Origin: Octopus bimaculoides
Taxonomy: Eukaryota
NCBI RefSeq assembly: GCF_001194135.2
Contig: NC_068985.1
Span: 3,156,361 to 3,219,652 of the forward strand
DNA length: 63,292 nucleotides
Direction: 5' to 3'
Each line of letters begins with the position of its first letter. Position 1 is the stretch's first letter. Below, in pieces: positions 26,859 to 37,126 of the stretch. The translations under genes were made by a program, and so were the position numbers. The notes below the pieces were generated by a model. The model saw only the letters and a program-made list of their open reading frames with translations. It had not been told where the DNA came from and did not search any database.

Positions 26859-27698
26859 ATATTCTGTTGTGTCTGGAGAGAGTTGTTTTCTTTCGGTGCC
26901 TTATAATTTAACACACTCACCAGTAAAATTTCCACTTATTTCTTTTTTATTTTCCTTAAATTTTAATTGCGTCTTGCAACCTTTTCAGTAGTCGTTGACC
27001 CTGTCTGTTACTTACACTGCATTCCTTTTTCTTTGTTTGTGTGTGTGGGTGGGTGTATGAATATATATATGTATACGCACATGTATGTAAGTATATGGAT
27101 ATGAAAGTAAACAGATCAAAATACAGACGGATAGTTACATAGGTTATATGAACAAACAAGCATACATACGCAAATGAAGGCTGAAACACATGGCCATATA
27201 TATATACACACTACTTCACACAAGGATACATATGGAGACACGTCCACACAGATGGCGATGCACATCCATACATACAAACAAACAAACACGGTACATAGTT
27301 TCAAAACACACACACACACTCAGACATGCACACACAAGGAGACAGGGGTACACACACACATATACAAACACACACACACACACACACACATACATAAAAA
27401 CACACAAACACAGACATGCAAACACACGAATATGCAGAATACATACATATATAGATACATATGCACACACACACATACATACATGCATGTATAGGCACAC
27501 ACACACACTGATCCACACACATAAGCACAAACCAACAAAAAGGAACGCAGTATGAGTAACGGACAGTCAAGATTATGAAAAAGGTTGCAAGATGCAACGA
27601 AAATTTTAGAAAAAGAAAAAAGTGGAAATTTTACCGGTGAGTGTGTTAAATTATAAGGCACCAAAAGAGAATGACTCTCCCCAGACACAACAGAATAT
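26859..27698. mobile_element. Foldback-type MITE: inverted arms of about 150 bp around a 540-bp CA-rich core
   Basis: Left arm ATATTCTGTTGTGTCTGG...CTGTCTGTTAC and right arm GTAACGGACAG...CCAGACACAACAGAATAT. Confidence 0.75.
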
Positions 27699-27831
27699 GC
27701 TTTAACATACATACTCACTTAGAGAATCTTGCAAAACCAAATCCAAAACCAAAATAATATTGCTTCTTATATTACACCCATGTCTTTTTAAAATATTTAC
27801 TTCCGTTTTCCTTGCGTCAGTGACATACATA

Positions 27832-28210
27832 TCTCTCTCTCTATCTCTCTTTACTTATCTCTCTATCTATATCTCTCTATCTATATCTCTCTCTATCTAT
27901 ATCTCTCTTTATCTATATCTCTCTTTATCTATATCTCTCTTTANNNNNNNNNNTTACTTATCTCTCTATCTATATCTCTCTATCTATATCTCTCTCTATC
28001 TATATCTCTCTTTATCTATATCTCTCTTTATCTATATCTCTCTTTATCTATATCTCTCTTTATCTATATCTATCTATCTATTTCTCTGTAACATATCTCT
28101 CTATATCTTTGCTTATATCTTATCTATCTATCTGTATATCTCTTATTTGTCTAACTAGCTCTTTCTCTCTCTCTCTTTCTCTCTTGCCCCCTCTCTCTAT
28201 ATATATACAT
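27832..28210. repeat. TC/TATC mosaic satellite (16-mer TATCTATATCTCTCTT units) containing a 10-N gap at 27944-27953
   Basis: Directly visible. Confidence 0.9.
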
Positions 28211-28578
28211 CTCACTCTCTCTATTGCATTCACTTATTTTTCAAATGCTATTCTTTACACTTTCAATTTTCAGACACCATTATTTTTTCACTTTAACTTC
28301 AATCGTTATTGTTTTCATTGTAAGTTTAAGTTTTCAACCGTTATTTACAAACAAACAATGACAAATTACTGACAGAAAGAAGTTCACAATTATTGATGTA
28401 AGTAATTTCATAATTTACTGAAAGAAGTATCTTCGTAAATTTCACTTCAATCTGTACGATATCATGTCTTTCTGTTGTTGACAGTTTTTTCTGGTTCCTT
28501 CAATACTGACTCTTTGATTCGCTGAGTAACAAATTTCACTTCAATCCGTACAATATTTTATTTTCCGTTAGAATTTCC

Positions 28579-29139
28579 GGATCTATTTTAAAACGGGGGC
28601 CACATTTTTCATTAATGTTTTACGTAGTGTTTTTGGTACGGAAAGACTTTCAAACTTCGTATACTTATCTATTTTGTGTTATAGAACAGAAAAATATTTT
28701 TGTATTCGAATTTATTTCATGTAAAAAATTGTCTTATTTCGATAATTTCAACCAATCACTGACAAGTATTCAGTTGTTTACATTTACTCCTTTGGCTGAT
28801 TAAGCGATGTAAAGCGTATTTAATCTCCATACCTTCGTTTTATTTGCTTTTTTCATTTTAAATTTGCTTTAACCCTAACCCTAAGGTTAGGGTTAGGGTT
28901 AATTGTTTCAGAATCATTTGTTTATGTAGTCAGCACTTAATGTATATCGGCTGAATGGACGTCAGTGATTGGTTGAAATTACAGAAATACGACAACTTTA
29001 ACATGGAATAACTTAGGGATTTCTTTTTTTTTAAGAAGACTAAGAGAAAAAGATGTTTTATATGACACATTCTACCAGTGTTCCAAGTTTCAAAGTGTTT
29101 CGTTAATGAAAAATGTGGCCCCCGTTTTAAAAAAGATCT
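28579..29139. mobile_element. 561-bp MITE, Merlin-like (TIR starting GG, 8-bp TSD)
   Basis: 39-bp TIRs (36/39 identical) GGATCTATTTTAAAACGGGGGCCACATTTTTCATTAATG. TSD GAATTTCC at 28571-28578 and 29140-29147. Confidence 0.85.
28869..28902. repeat. Inverted telomeric-repeat palindrome (CCCTAA)n/(TTAGGG)n
   Basis: TTAACCCTAACCCTAA-GG-TTAGGGTTAGGGTTAA: a perfect 16-bp stem with a 2-nt centre. Confidence 0.95.
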
Positions 29140-29252
29140 GAATTTCCTATTTACTTTCTGCCTAACGTATTAAGAAACATAATTTTTGTTACCAAGTTAT
29201 TTTTATTGTTTACTATCTTCTGCACTCAGTATTTCTGTATACGTATATAACC

Positions 29253-32200
29253 ATGCCTACAAGGAAAAGATCAAATTTATCTAAAATATCAAGGTCAGCC
29301 AAAAGAATGTCTCTGTCCAGAGAAAGAGAGACACCTGAAGAAAGGGAAGCACGCCAAGAAATGAACAGACTGTGCACTACAAAAGCCAGAGCATCTCAAA
29401 GTGATGAACAGAGGAATGCACGACTAACAAGGAACAGGATCGCCACTGCAAAACAAAGAGCAGTTGCAACAGCTCAGAGAAGCAATTTCGATAAAGCAGC
29501 TTTCAAATATGATCCAAAAGTTCATTATGCAGATGACGATAGAGTTACCATCGGTGCAATGACAACTGAGTGCATATATTGTAAAGCAAGGAAGTGGCCT
29601 GGAGAGACACCTGCATTGTGCTGCAGCGGTGGAAAGGTTAAACTCCCAGCAATCCCCCAACCTCCAGAGCCATTGAAGAAACTGTTGTCATCAAATGACC
29701 AAGATTCTAAGCACTTCCAGAACAAAATTAGACAGTACAACGCTGCACTACAGATGACATCATTTGGAGCCACAAGAAATTTAACTGAGCCAGGATTCAT
29801 GCAAACTTTCAAGGTCCAAGGTCAGATTTATCATCAGATTGGCTCTCTACTACCTCTGGCAAATGAATCACCAAAATTCCTTCAAATATATTTTATGGGT
29901 GATTCTCAACAAGAAGGGAAAGAGAGGTGCAAGAACATTTCCGACATCAGGATGGACATTGTAGTGTCTCTGCAAAAGATGCTGCATGACAACAACAACC
30001 TGATCAGAAGCTTCAAGACTGCACTTGAAACAATTCCACCCAACTCCATGGATTACAAGGTAGTTATCAGATCAGACAAGAAACCATCTGGTCAACATGG
30101 AGACAGGTTTAGTGCGCCATCAACAAATGAAATAGCTGTGGTTCTGGTTGGGCAAGAACATGACAAGCGTGACATTGTCCTCCATCTCAGAGACAATAAA
30201 GTGAAGAGAATTTCAGAAACACACAGATTCTATGATGCACTACAATATCCATTGCTGTTCTTTTATGGACAAGATACTTACCACATTAACATTAGTCAGA
30301 CAAACTCCTCAAAGCAAGTTTCATCCAATGACTTCTATGCATTCCACATGATGGTCAGGAGTCAAGATTCAAACCACATCCTACATTGTGGAGATCTGTT
30401 CAGTCAGTTTATAGTTGACATGTATGCAAAAATTGAAAGTGAACGATTACTCTACTTGAAACAGAACCAGAAGCAACTGAGAGTGGAATCATATGCACAC
30501 CTGCAAGAAGCAATGCTGAATGATCATGATGTCAACAACATGGGCCAGCGGATCATCCTTCCATCATCATTCACAGGAAGCCCAAGATACATGCATGAGC
30601 GCACACAAGATGCCATGACATATGTTAGACACTATGGCAGAGCAGACCTCTTCATAACCTTCACATGCAACCCTAAATGGAAAGAGATTCAAAATGAACT
30701 CTTCCCAAACCAACAGCCTAAACATAGACATGACATAATTGCAAGGGTCTTCAGACAGAAGCTTATCAAGCTTATGCAGTTACTGACCAAAGATAAAGTG
30801 TTCGGTGCCACTAGATGCTACATGTATACAATAGAGTGGCAGAAATGTGGACTTCCTCATGCACACATCCTGCTCTGGCTTACAGACAAAATTCATGCCA
30901 GAATGATAGACAAATTCATCAGAGCAGAGATTCCAGATCCTCGGGAAGATCCAGAACTTTTTAATGTGGTCAAGACCCAAATGGTACATGGTCCATGTGG
31001 GAACATCAACCTACATTCTCCATGCATGCAGGATAGGAAGTGTACAAAAGGCTTTCCAAAGAAGTTCCTTCAAGAGACACAGATTGGACATGATGGCTAT
31101 CCACACTACAGAAGAAGAAAACCAGGTGATGGTGGATTTGAAACCACCATCAAGAAGTCATCTCATACTGAAATTCCTGTTGACAACAGGTGGATAGTAC
31201 CATACTGTCCCCTCCTCTCCAAGATATTCAATGCACACATCAATGTTGAGTTCTGTAACTCAGTGAAATCCATTAAGTATGTGTGCAAATATGTCAACAA
31301 GGGATCTGACATGGCAGTCTTTGCAGTCCAGGATTCCGAGAACAATGATGAAATCAAGACCTTCCAAATGGGAAGGTATATCAGTAGTGGTGAAGCATGT
31401 TGGAGAATCTTCAAGTTCCCCATTCATGACAGATATCCCTATGTGCAACGTCTTGCAGTTCATTTGGAGAATGGCGAAAGGGTTTACTTCACCCCAGACA
31501 CAGTCCAACAACAAATGGAAGCTCCCAAAAATACCACGCTCACAGCATTCTTCAAGCTCTGTCAAAATGATGAATTTGCTACAACACTACTATACAATGA
31601 AGTTCCACAATTCTATACCTGGTGCCAAAACAAATGGGAAAGACGTGCACTTGGAGCACCCACACGTCATCTGGGAATCAAGAAATCAGACACACTTGGC
31701 AGAGTTTATGATGTCCATCCCAACTACTCAGAGTGCTACTATCTAAGGCTTCTATTACACCATGTCAAGGGACCCAAATCATTTACGGCCTTACGAACGG
31801 TTGATAACACAGTATGTCAAACATATCGCCAGGCTTGCCATCTCAGAGGTCTTCTGGAAGATGATGCACACTGGGATGCCACTCTGAGAGAGGCACAAAT
31901 GTGCAAGTCTCCTATACAGCTGAGAAACCTCTTCTCCATCATGCTGGTGAACTGTGGATTGTCAAATCCAAATAAACTTTGGGACAAATACAAGGAGGGG
32001 CTTTCTGAAGACATTCTTCAAAGAATTCAATATCAGTGTGACGGTGATGTCACATTCAATGATGACATCTTCAATGAGACATTAAGATTAATAGACGACA
32101 AGGTTCAATTACTGGCTGGAAACAAACTTGAAATTTATTGTCTTCCAGCTCCTGTCAGAGATGTTCAACACACATTAGCACAAGAGCTAATCAGGGAAAC

Positions 32201-33617
32201 ATCATACAACACGGAAAGTTTGCAAGCATTTGTCAATGAAAAGGAACCTATTCTGGTACAGGATCAAAAGGAGGTATACTGGCAAGTTCTTACATCCATG
32301 GATAACAACACTGGTGGGGTCTTCTTCTTAGATGCTCCAGGAGGCACAGGAAAGACATTATTGATCAACCTGCTCCTTGCCAAGGTGAGACAGAAGAAGA
32401 AAATTGCTCTGGCTGTTGCATCCTCTGGACTTGCAGCCACACTCCTAACAGGGGGAAGAACAGCCCATTCAACATTTAAGCTGCCTCTCAACCTCATCGA
32501 AAATGAATCTCCTTTATGCAACATATCCAAGAATACTGCATTAGCAAAGCTCCTTACAGATGCCAAACTCATTGTCTGGGATGAGGCAACAATGTCCCAT
32601 AAGGTAGCCTTTGAAGCGCTAGATAGAACACTACAAGACTTCAGAAACAATAAGAAGATCATGGGTGGTGTCACCTTCCTCATGGCTGGTGACTTCAGGC
32701 AAACGCTGCCTGTCATTCCCAGAGGAACAAGGGCAGATGAGCTAATAGCTTGCATCAAGTCCTCATATATCTGGCAACATGTCAAGCAGCTTACTCTGAC
32801 AACCAACATGAGGGTTCACATTCATGAAGACCCGTTAGCTGCACAGTTCTCCAACAAATTACTTGACATTGGAAATGGAAAACTTCGACAGGATCCAGAA
32901 GATAACCTGCACCACCTCCCATGTGGTAATATGATTGCCTCTCTTGAAGACCTGACGAGCAAGGTGTTTCCAAACATTGCCACATATTATAAAAACCACA
33001 AGTGGCTATGTGAAAGAACAATTCTGGCACCAAGGAATGATGCTGTAGACAAGCTGAATCTAAAGTTGTTGTCTCGGCTACCAGGACCTGAATGTTCATA
33101 CAGATCAACTGACTCTGTCCCTGATCAAGAACAAGCAACACATTACCCAGTGGAGTTCCTCAATTCACTGCAACCACCAGGATTTCCACCACACATTCTG
33201 ATCGTGAAAACAGGTGCTCCTATAATGCTGTTAAGAAACCTTGATGCACCCAGACTCTGCAATGGAACAAGGTTGGTTGTTAAAACAGCCAGGCCCCATG
33301 TGTTGGAAGCAACAATAATTACAGGCAGCATGATGGGTGAGAATGTCTTCATTCCAAGGATACCTCTCATCTCAAATGATCTCCCCCTTCAGTTCAAGAG
33401 ACTGCAGTTTCCTGTCAAACTTAGCTTTGCAATGTCTATCAACAAAGCACAAGGTCAATCTCTAAAGGTGGTGGGACTTAACCTCCTTCAACCTTGCTTC
33501 TCACATGGTCAGCTGTATGTTGGATGTTCTAGAGTTGGTGATGAAAAGAACCTCTACATTCTCAGTGATACACATGGCAAGACAGAAAACATAGTATATG
33601 AAGAAGCACTTAAATGA
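29253..33617 (+). CDS. Helitron RepHel transposase (Zn-finger-like N-terminus, HUH Rep endonuclease, PIF1 SF1B helicase), 1454 aa, intronless
   Basis: CIYCKA...CCSGG. Rep motif 1 FITFTCNPKW, motif 2 EWQKCGLPHAHILLW (H536/H538), motif 3 KYVCKYVNKG (Y676/Y680). Walker A DAPGGTGKT, Walker B IVWDEATM, plus AGDFRQTLPV, LCNGTRL, FAMSINKAQGQSL and SHGQLYVGCSRV. ACCATG start context. Confidence 0.97.
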   Translation: MPTRKRSNLSKISRSAKRMSLSRERETPEEREARQEMNRLCTTKARASQSDEQRNARLTRNRIATAKQRAVATAQRSNFDKAAFKYDPKVHYADDDRVTIGAMTTECIYCKARKWPGETPALCCSGGKVKLPAIPQPPEPLKKLLSSNDQDSKHFQNKIRQYNAALQMTSFGATRNLTEPGFMQTFKVQGQIYHQIGSLLPLANESPKFLQIYFMGDSQQEGKERCKNISDIRMDIVVSLQKMLHDNNNLIRSFKTALETIPPNSMDYKVVIRSDKKPSGQHGDRFSAPSTNEIAVVLVGQEHDKRDIVLHLRDNKVKRISETHRFYDALQYPLLFFYGQDTYHINISQTNSSKQVSSNDFYAFHMMVRSQDSNHILHCGDLFSQFIVDMYAKIESERLLYLKQNQKQLRVESYAHLQEAMLNDHDVNNMGQRIILPSSFTGSPRYMHERTQDAMTYVRHYGRADLFITFTCNPKWKEIQNELFPNQQPKHRHDIIARVFRQKLIKLMQLLTKDKVFGATRCYMYTIEWQKCGLPHAHILLWLTDKIHARMIDKFIRAEIPDPREDPELFNVVKTQMVHGPCGNINLHSPCMQDRKCTKGFPKKFLQETQIGHDGYPHYRRRKPGDGGFETTIKKSSHTEIPVDNRWIVPYCPLLSKIFNAHINVEFCNSVKSIKYVCKYVNKGSDMAVFAVQDSENNDEIKTFQMGRYISSGEACWRIFKFPIHDRYPYVQRLAVHLENGERVYFTPDTVQQQMEAPKNTTLTAFFKLCQNDEFATTLLYNEVPQFYTWCQNKWERRALGAPTRHLGIKKSDTLGRVYDVHPNYSECYYLRLLLHHVKGPKSFTALRTVDNTVCQTYRQACHLRGLLEDDAHWDATLREAQMCKSPIQLRNLFSIMLVNCGLSNPNKLWDKYKEGLSEDILQRIQYQCDGDVTFNDDIFNETLRLIDDKVQLLAGNKLEIYCLPAPVRDVQHTLAQELIRETSYNTESLQAFVNEKEPILVQDQKEVYWQVLTSMDNNTGGVFFLDAPGGTGKTLLINLLLAKVRQKKKIALAVASSGLAATLLTGGRTAHSTFKLPLNLIENESPLCNISKNTALAKLLTDAKLIVWDEATMSHKVAFEALDRTLQDFRNNKKIMGGVTFLMAGDFRQTLPVIPRGTRADELIACIKSSYIWQHVKQLTLTTNMRVHIHEDPLAAQFSNKLLDIGNGKLRQDPEDNLHHLPCGNMIASLEDLTSKVFPNIATYYKNHKWLCERTILAPRNDAVDKLNLKLLSRLPGPECSYRSTDSVPDQEQATHYPVEFLNSLQPPGFPPHILIVKTGAPIMLLRNLDAPRLCNGTRLVVKTARPHVLEATIITGSMMGENVFIPRIPLISNDLPLQFKRLQFPVKLSFAMSINKAQGQSLKVVGLNLLQPCFSHGQLYVGCSRVGDEKNLYILSDTHGKTENIVYEEALK

Positions 33618-33976
33618 ATAGTGTGTCCATGTCATATACTGAAGTGTAAAACCAATGAGTGTTAAAGTAAGTATTACTTTCAGCTTTTGACTGACATGCA
33701 TGAATGTATATCTGTGTGTATCAAAGTGAAACAATAACATGATATATTTGCTGTCTGTCTGTTTGTGTGTGTGTACTCTACTTTCACGGTTTAAAATCTG
33801 TACCTGTTTTTGAACTATGTGTATCTACTTTATATACACATGAGTTGAAAATTTTCTATGTTCCTTGCTGGCATGGGTTGGAAAGTTATTAATGTACAAC
33901 GTTGGTTTCTCAGCTACTAGCAGTTGAGACTTACATAATCTAGATGGCATTTTTAAATTTCATTATTTTCTTTAAT

Positions 33977-34003
33977 CCGGGCAAAGCCAAGTATTTCTGC
34001 TAG
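33977..34003 (+). terminator. Helitron 3' terminal signal (imperfect hairpin plus CTAG)
   Basis: CCGGGC-AAA-GCCAAG, then TATTTCTG-CTAG and host T. The stem is mismatched. Confidence 0.75.
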
Positions 34004-34200
34004 TTATAATATATAACTATAAAACACAAACACTCATATACGACAAGCTTTTCTTCAATTTCCGTCTACTAAATCCACAAATCCATTCACAATGCCTTGG
34101 GTTATAGTGGAAGACATTTGCCCAAAGTGGTATATAGTGGGACAGAAGCCAAAGCTATGGGGAGTTTAATGTAACATCTTTAGCCAGACAGCCATATCAG

Positions 34201-34300
<100 letters not shown>

Positions 34301-35189
34301 TAGGGTGCAGTGAATAAACTATTGTGTAAATTACACAAGAATAAAAATAACACTGCCATCTCGTTTTAACAGATATATTTACCAAAATTACATTAAAATA
34401 TCTTGAAATACTAAAGAGTAAATTTATTCATTAAAATCGCCATTGGTTTCAACCACGGCCTCCAGACGATTTCGGAATCTCCTGCAATTCATCTGGATGG
34501 TCACCTTGTTTAAGTTGGTGAATGCTGCCATAATCCTTGCCTTCAGTTCATCTTTGGTGTTACAAGGAGTTTTGTTGGTCTCTCGTTCAACTGCAACCCA
34601 CACATAATAATCAAGGGGGTTGCAATCTGGGGAGTTATGTGGTCAGAGGTTGGGAATGATTTGGTCGCAGAAATTGTCTGACAGCCACGACTGGGTTCTG
34701 TTTGTGTGGCATGGTGCAGAGTCCTGTTGCCAGATATAAGGTCTTCCAGCAGCCACCCTCTTGACCCAGGGCAGTACTACCTCCTCCAGGCACTTGATAT
34801 AGGCCTCCATACTACATCTGAGGCCCTGTTGGAAGATGAAAGGAGGCGTAATGTCGTCATCACTAGTGATTACTTCAAACAGCATGATGTTGACTGGATG
34901 TTTGATTTTAATCATTCTTGGTACATGTCCTTAGATTGCACTGTCCTCAGATTGACATCCAAACATTCTGAAATGTTCATATTGGAGTTTCTGGCATGAA
35001 TGCTAAGCAGTACAGCATGTCATTTCCAAATTTCTGGCAGAGTGAATTGCATCATGGTGTTGTTTTTCTTGCAGATGGTGCCCGACTGACCCTGCTATAC
35101 TGTGTAGTCGACAAAATCAAAGACAAAACAATGTGCATGCACGAAATAAAAAATATAATATGGTGATAATTTACCCATCGCACCCTGTA
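34301..35189 (-). mobile_element. Internally deleted Tc1/mariner (maT/DD37D-like) element
   Basis: Right TIR reads TA|CAGGGTGCGATGGGTAAA; left end TAGGGTGCAGTGAATAAA. Transposase fragments WQQDSAPCHT...NL*PHNSPDCNPLDYYVW give 36 residues between the Asp residues, with a premature stop. The N-terminal stub is joined to the catalytic part near 34935. Confidence 0.85.
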
Positions 35190-35544
35190 TATACACGCGG
35201 GGAGGTGCTAGTATGTTTGTGCATGAGTGTTTTTGTGAATGGTCGTGTTTGTAAGTGTGTGAGCATGCTTGTGAGTGTGGATGTGTGTGTATGTGTGTGC
35301 ATGTGTGTGTGTGTGTGGTTCAGGGTTCGGTCCCAAAGTTGCAACTGGGGCAAGGGGAAAAGATATTGTTGAAGTAAATGGGATGGTAAGAGCAATGTAG
35401 AAGTGAGGATTGAAGTGTGGGACAAAATCATGGAGGCATGTGGAAAGCCCCCCCCCCACTCCAAAGACAAAGGTTTAAGCTAAAACGTGCCAACAAAATG
35501 CATGAATTCTGTGAAGAGATAAAAATTCTTTTAGAAGACACATG

Positions 35545-35895
35545 GCTTCTTCATCATCACCATCATCATCATCCATCATTCTGAATCCGGGTTTTGTCCC
35601 CGTTAACGGGGGTCGCTGGATCTACCTCAATGCCATAGCAACTACCCTCACACCATCTTGCCTGGTTTTGGGCATCCTCCCTTCTCAAGCCAACCCATCC
35701 AATCTCCTCCTCCACCCGTCCCCTCCACATTTTCCTCAGTCTACCTTGCTTTCGCTGTCCATTTACCTCAGAACATGCTCCTCATCAACACCCTCTTCAG
35801 AACATGCCCATAGCACCGCACTCCATTCGCCTTTGTCAACCGTTCCATCACTTCCTCCAACCCCAGCATCCCATACATGCTCAAGCATATTCAAG
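35545..35895 (-). pseudogene. RTE-clade LINE 3' end with (GAT)n tail
   Basis: WRGRVEEEIGWVGLRREDAQNQARW; (CAT)n on the + strand at 35550-35580. Confidence 0.65.
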
Positions 35896-36545
35896 TGTAG
35901 GTGTGTGTGTGTATGTGTGTATGTGGTGGGTGGGTGTTTGGGTGTAGGGGTGAGTGTATGTACATGGGTGGGTGTATGAATGTTGTCTAAGTGTGTGCAT
36001 CTGCATATATGTAAATGCATTTACACCCTTGGGTTGATGTATTTATTGTATTGCAACTGGTTCTCATGTATTTTAGATTTCTTCACACAAAAAAAAAATG
36101 TTATCTAACTTCTACACATAGCAAAACCTTGCACATTTAACTAGACTTCACTATACATACATACACACACACACACAGACAAAAATACCAGTAGCATGAA
36201 ATCTCCACTACACCTTTCATTTTCTCTCCTTTGCTAGTGCTCTTCCTCTTCATTCTTCTCCCTCTCTCGCTCTTCCAACTTGTCTCTCTACCTGACTTCA
36301 ATGAGACCCACATTGTGCTTTTACTTTGTCATTCCATCCCACTTCCAAGCTTTCATTCTACCTCAGACTTTTCATGTAGACAGAGAACATAAATGCATCA
36401 TGTTTTTTTGTTTTTTTTTTTACTTCTCTTCCTCTTGCCTCATTTAATTTTTTACATGTTTTCTCTTCTTCAATAAAGAGTATCACCCAAAATAACAGAC
36501 ACACTTCTGTTTCTTTTACTGGCATATTTACCTTCATTGTAAATT

Positions 36546-36579
<34 letters not shown>

Positions 36580-36696
36580 CATATTTCTACATTTTTTTAC
36601 AGAAATCTACTTTTCCTTGCCTGACTCTGTCTTGTTTGTTTCACTCCTTTTTACCTCATAAACTTGTTTGATTTTCATTATATATATCCATATTTA

Positions 36697-37062
36697 TCTT
36701 TTACTTGTTTCAATCATTAGACTGCGACCATGCTGGGGCACCACCTTGAAGGAATTTAGTTGAATGAATCAACCCCACTGCTTACAGTTTTAAGCCTGCT
36801 ACTTATTCTATTCGTCTCTTTTGCCAAGCAGCTAAGTTACGGGGATGTAAGCACACCAAGACTAGCTGTCAAGCAGCAGTGGGATCAAACACAGACAAAC
36901 ATGTGCACAAATGCATGCACACACATAAGCGACAGGCTTCTTTCAGTTTCTAGCAATTCACTCACTTAGGTAAGCATGAGCCTATAGTAGAAGATACTGG
37001 CCCAAGGTGCCACACAGGGGAACTGAACCTGTAGCCATGTGGTTGGGAAGCAAACTTCTTAC

Positions 37063-37067
<5 letters not shown>
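36697..37067 (-). mobile_element. SINE family A
   Basis: Reverse complement of the family A head, body and tail. Confidence 0.8.

Positions 37068-37126
<59 letters not shown>

Larger units (their letters stand above)
27832..34003 (+). mobile_element. Helitron, autonomous-type; 3' end firm, 5' end uncertain (about 27760-28200)
   Basis: RepHel ORF; 3' end CCGGGCAAAGCCAAG...CTGCTAG|T with CTAG at 34000-34003. A candidate A|TC start lies at 27831-27833, but it is in a microsatellite beside an N gap. Confidence 0.8.

Noticed and set aside
28869-28902. Chromosome-fusion telomere scar
   Set aside because: It lies inside a TSD-flanked MITE and has only about three units per side.
29424-33740. Antisense and alternate-frame ORFs overlapping RepHel (e.g. 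32264-32809)
   Set aside because: Shadow ORFs of a long GC-richer coding sequence.
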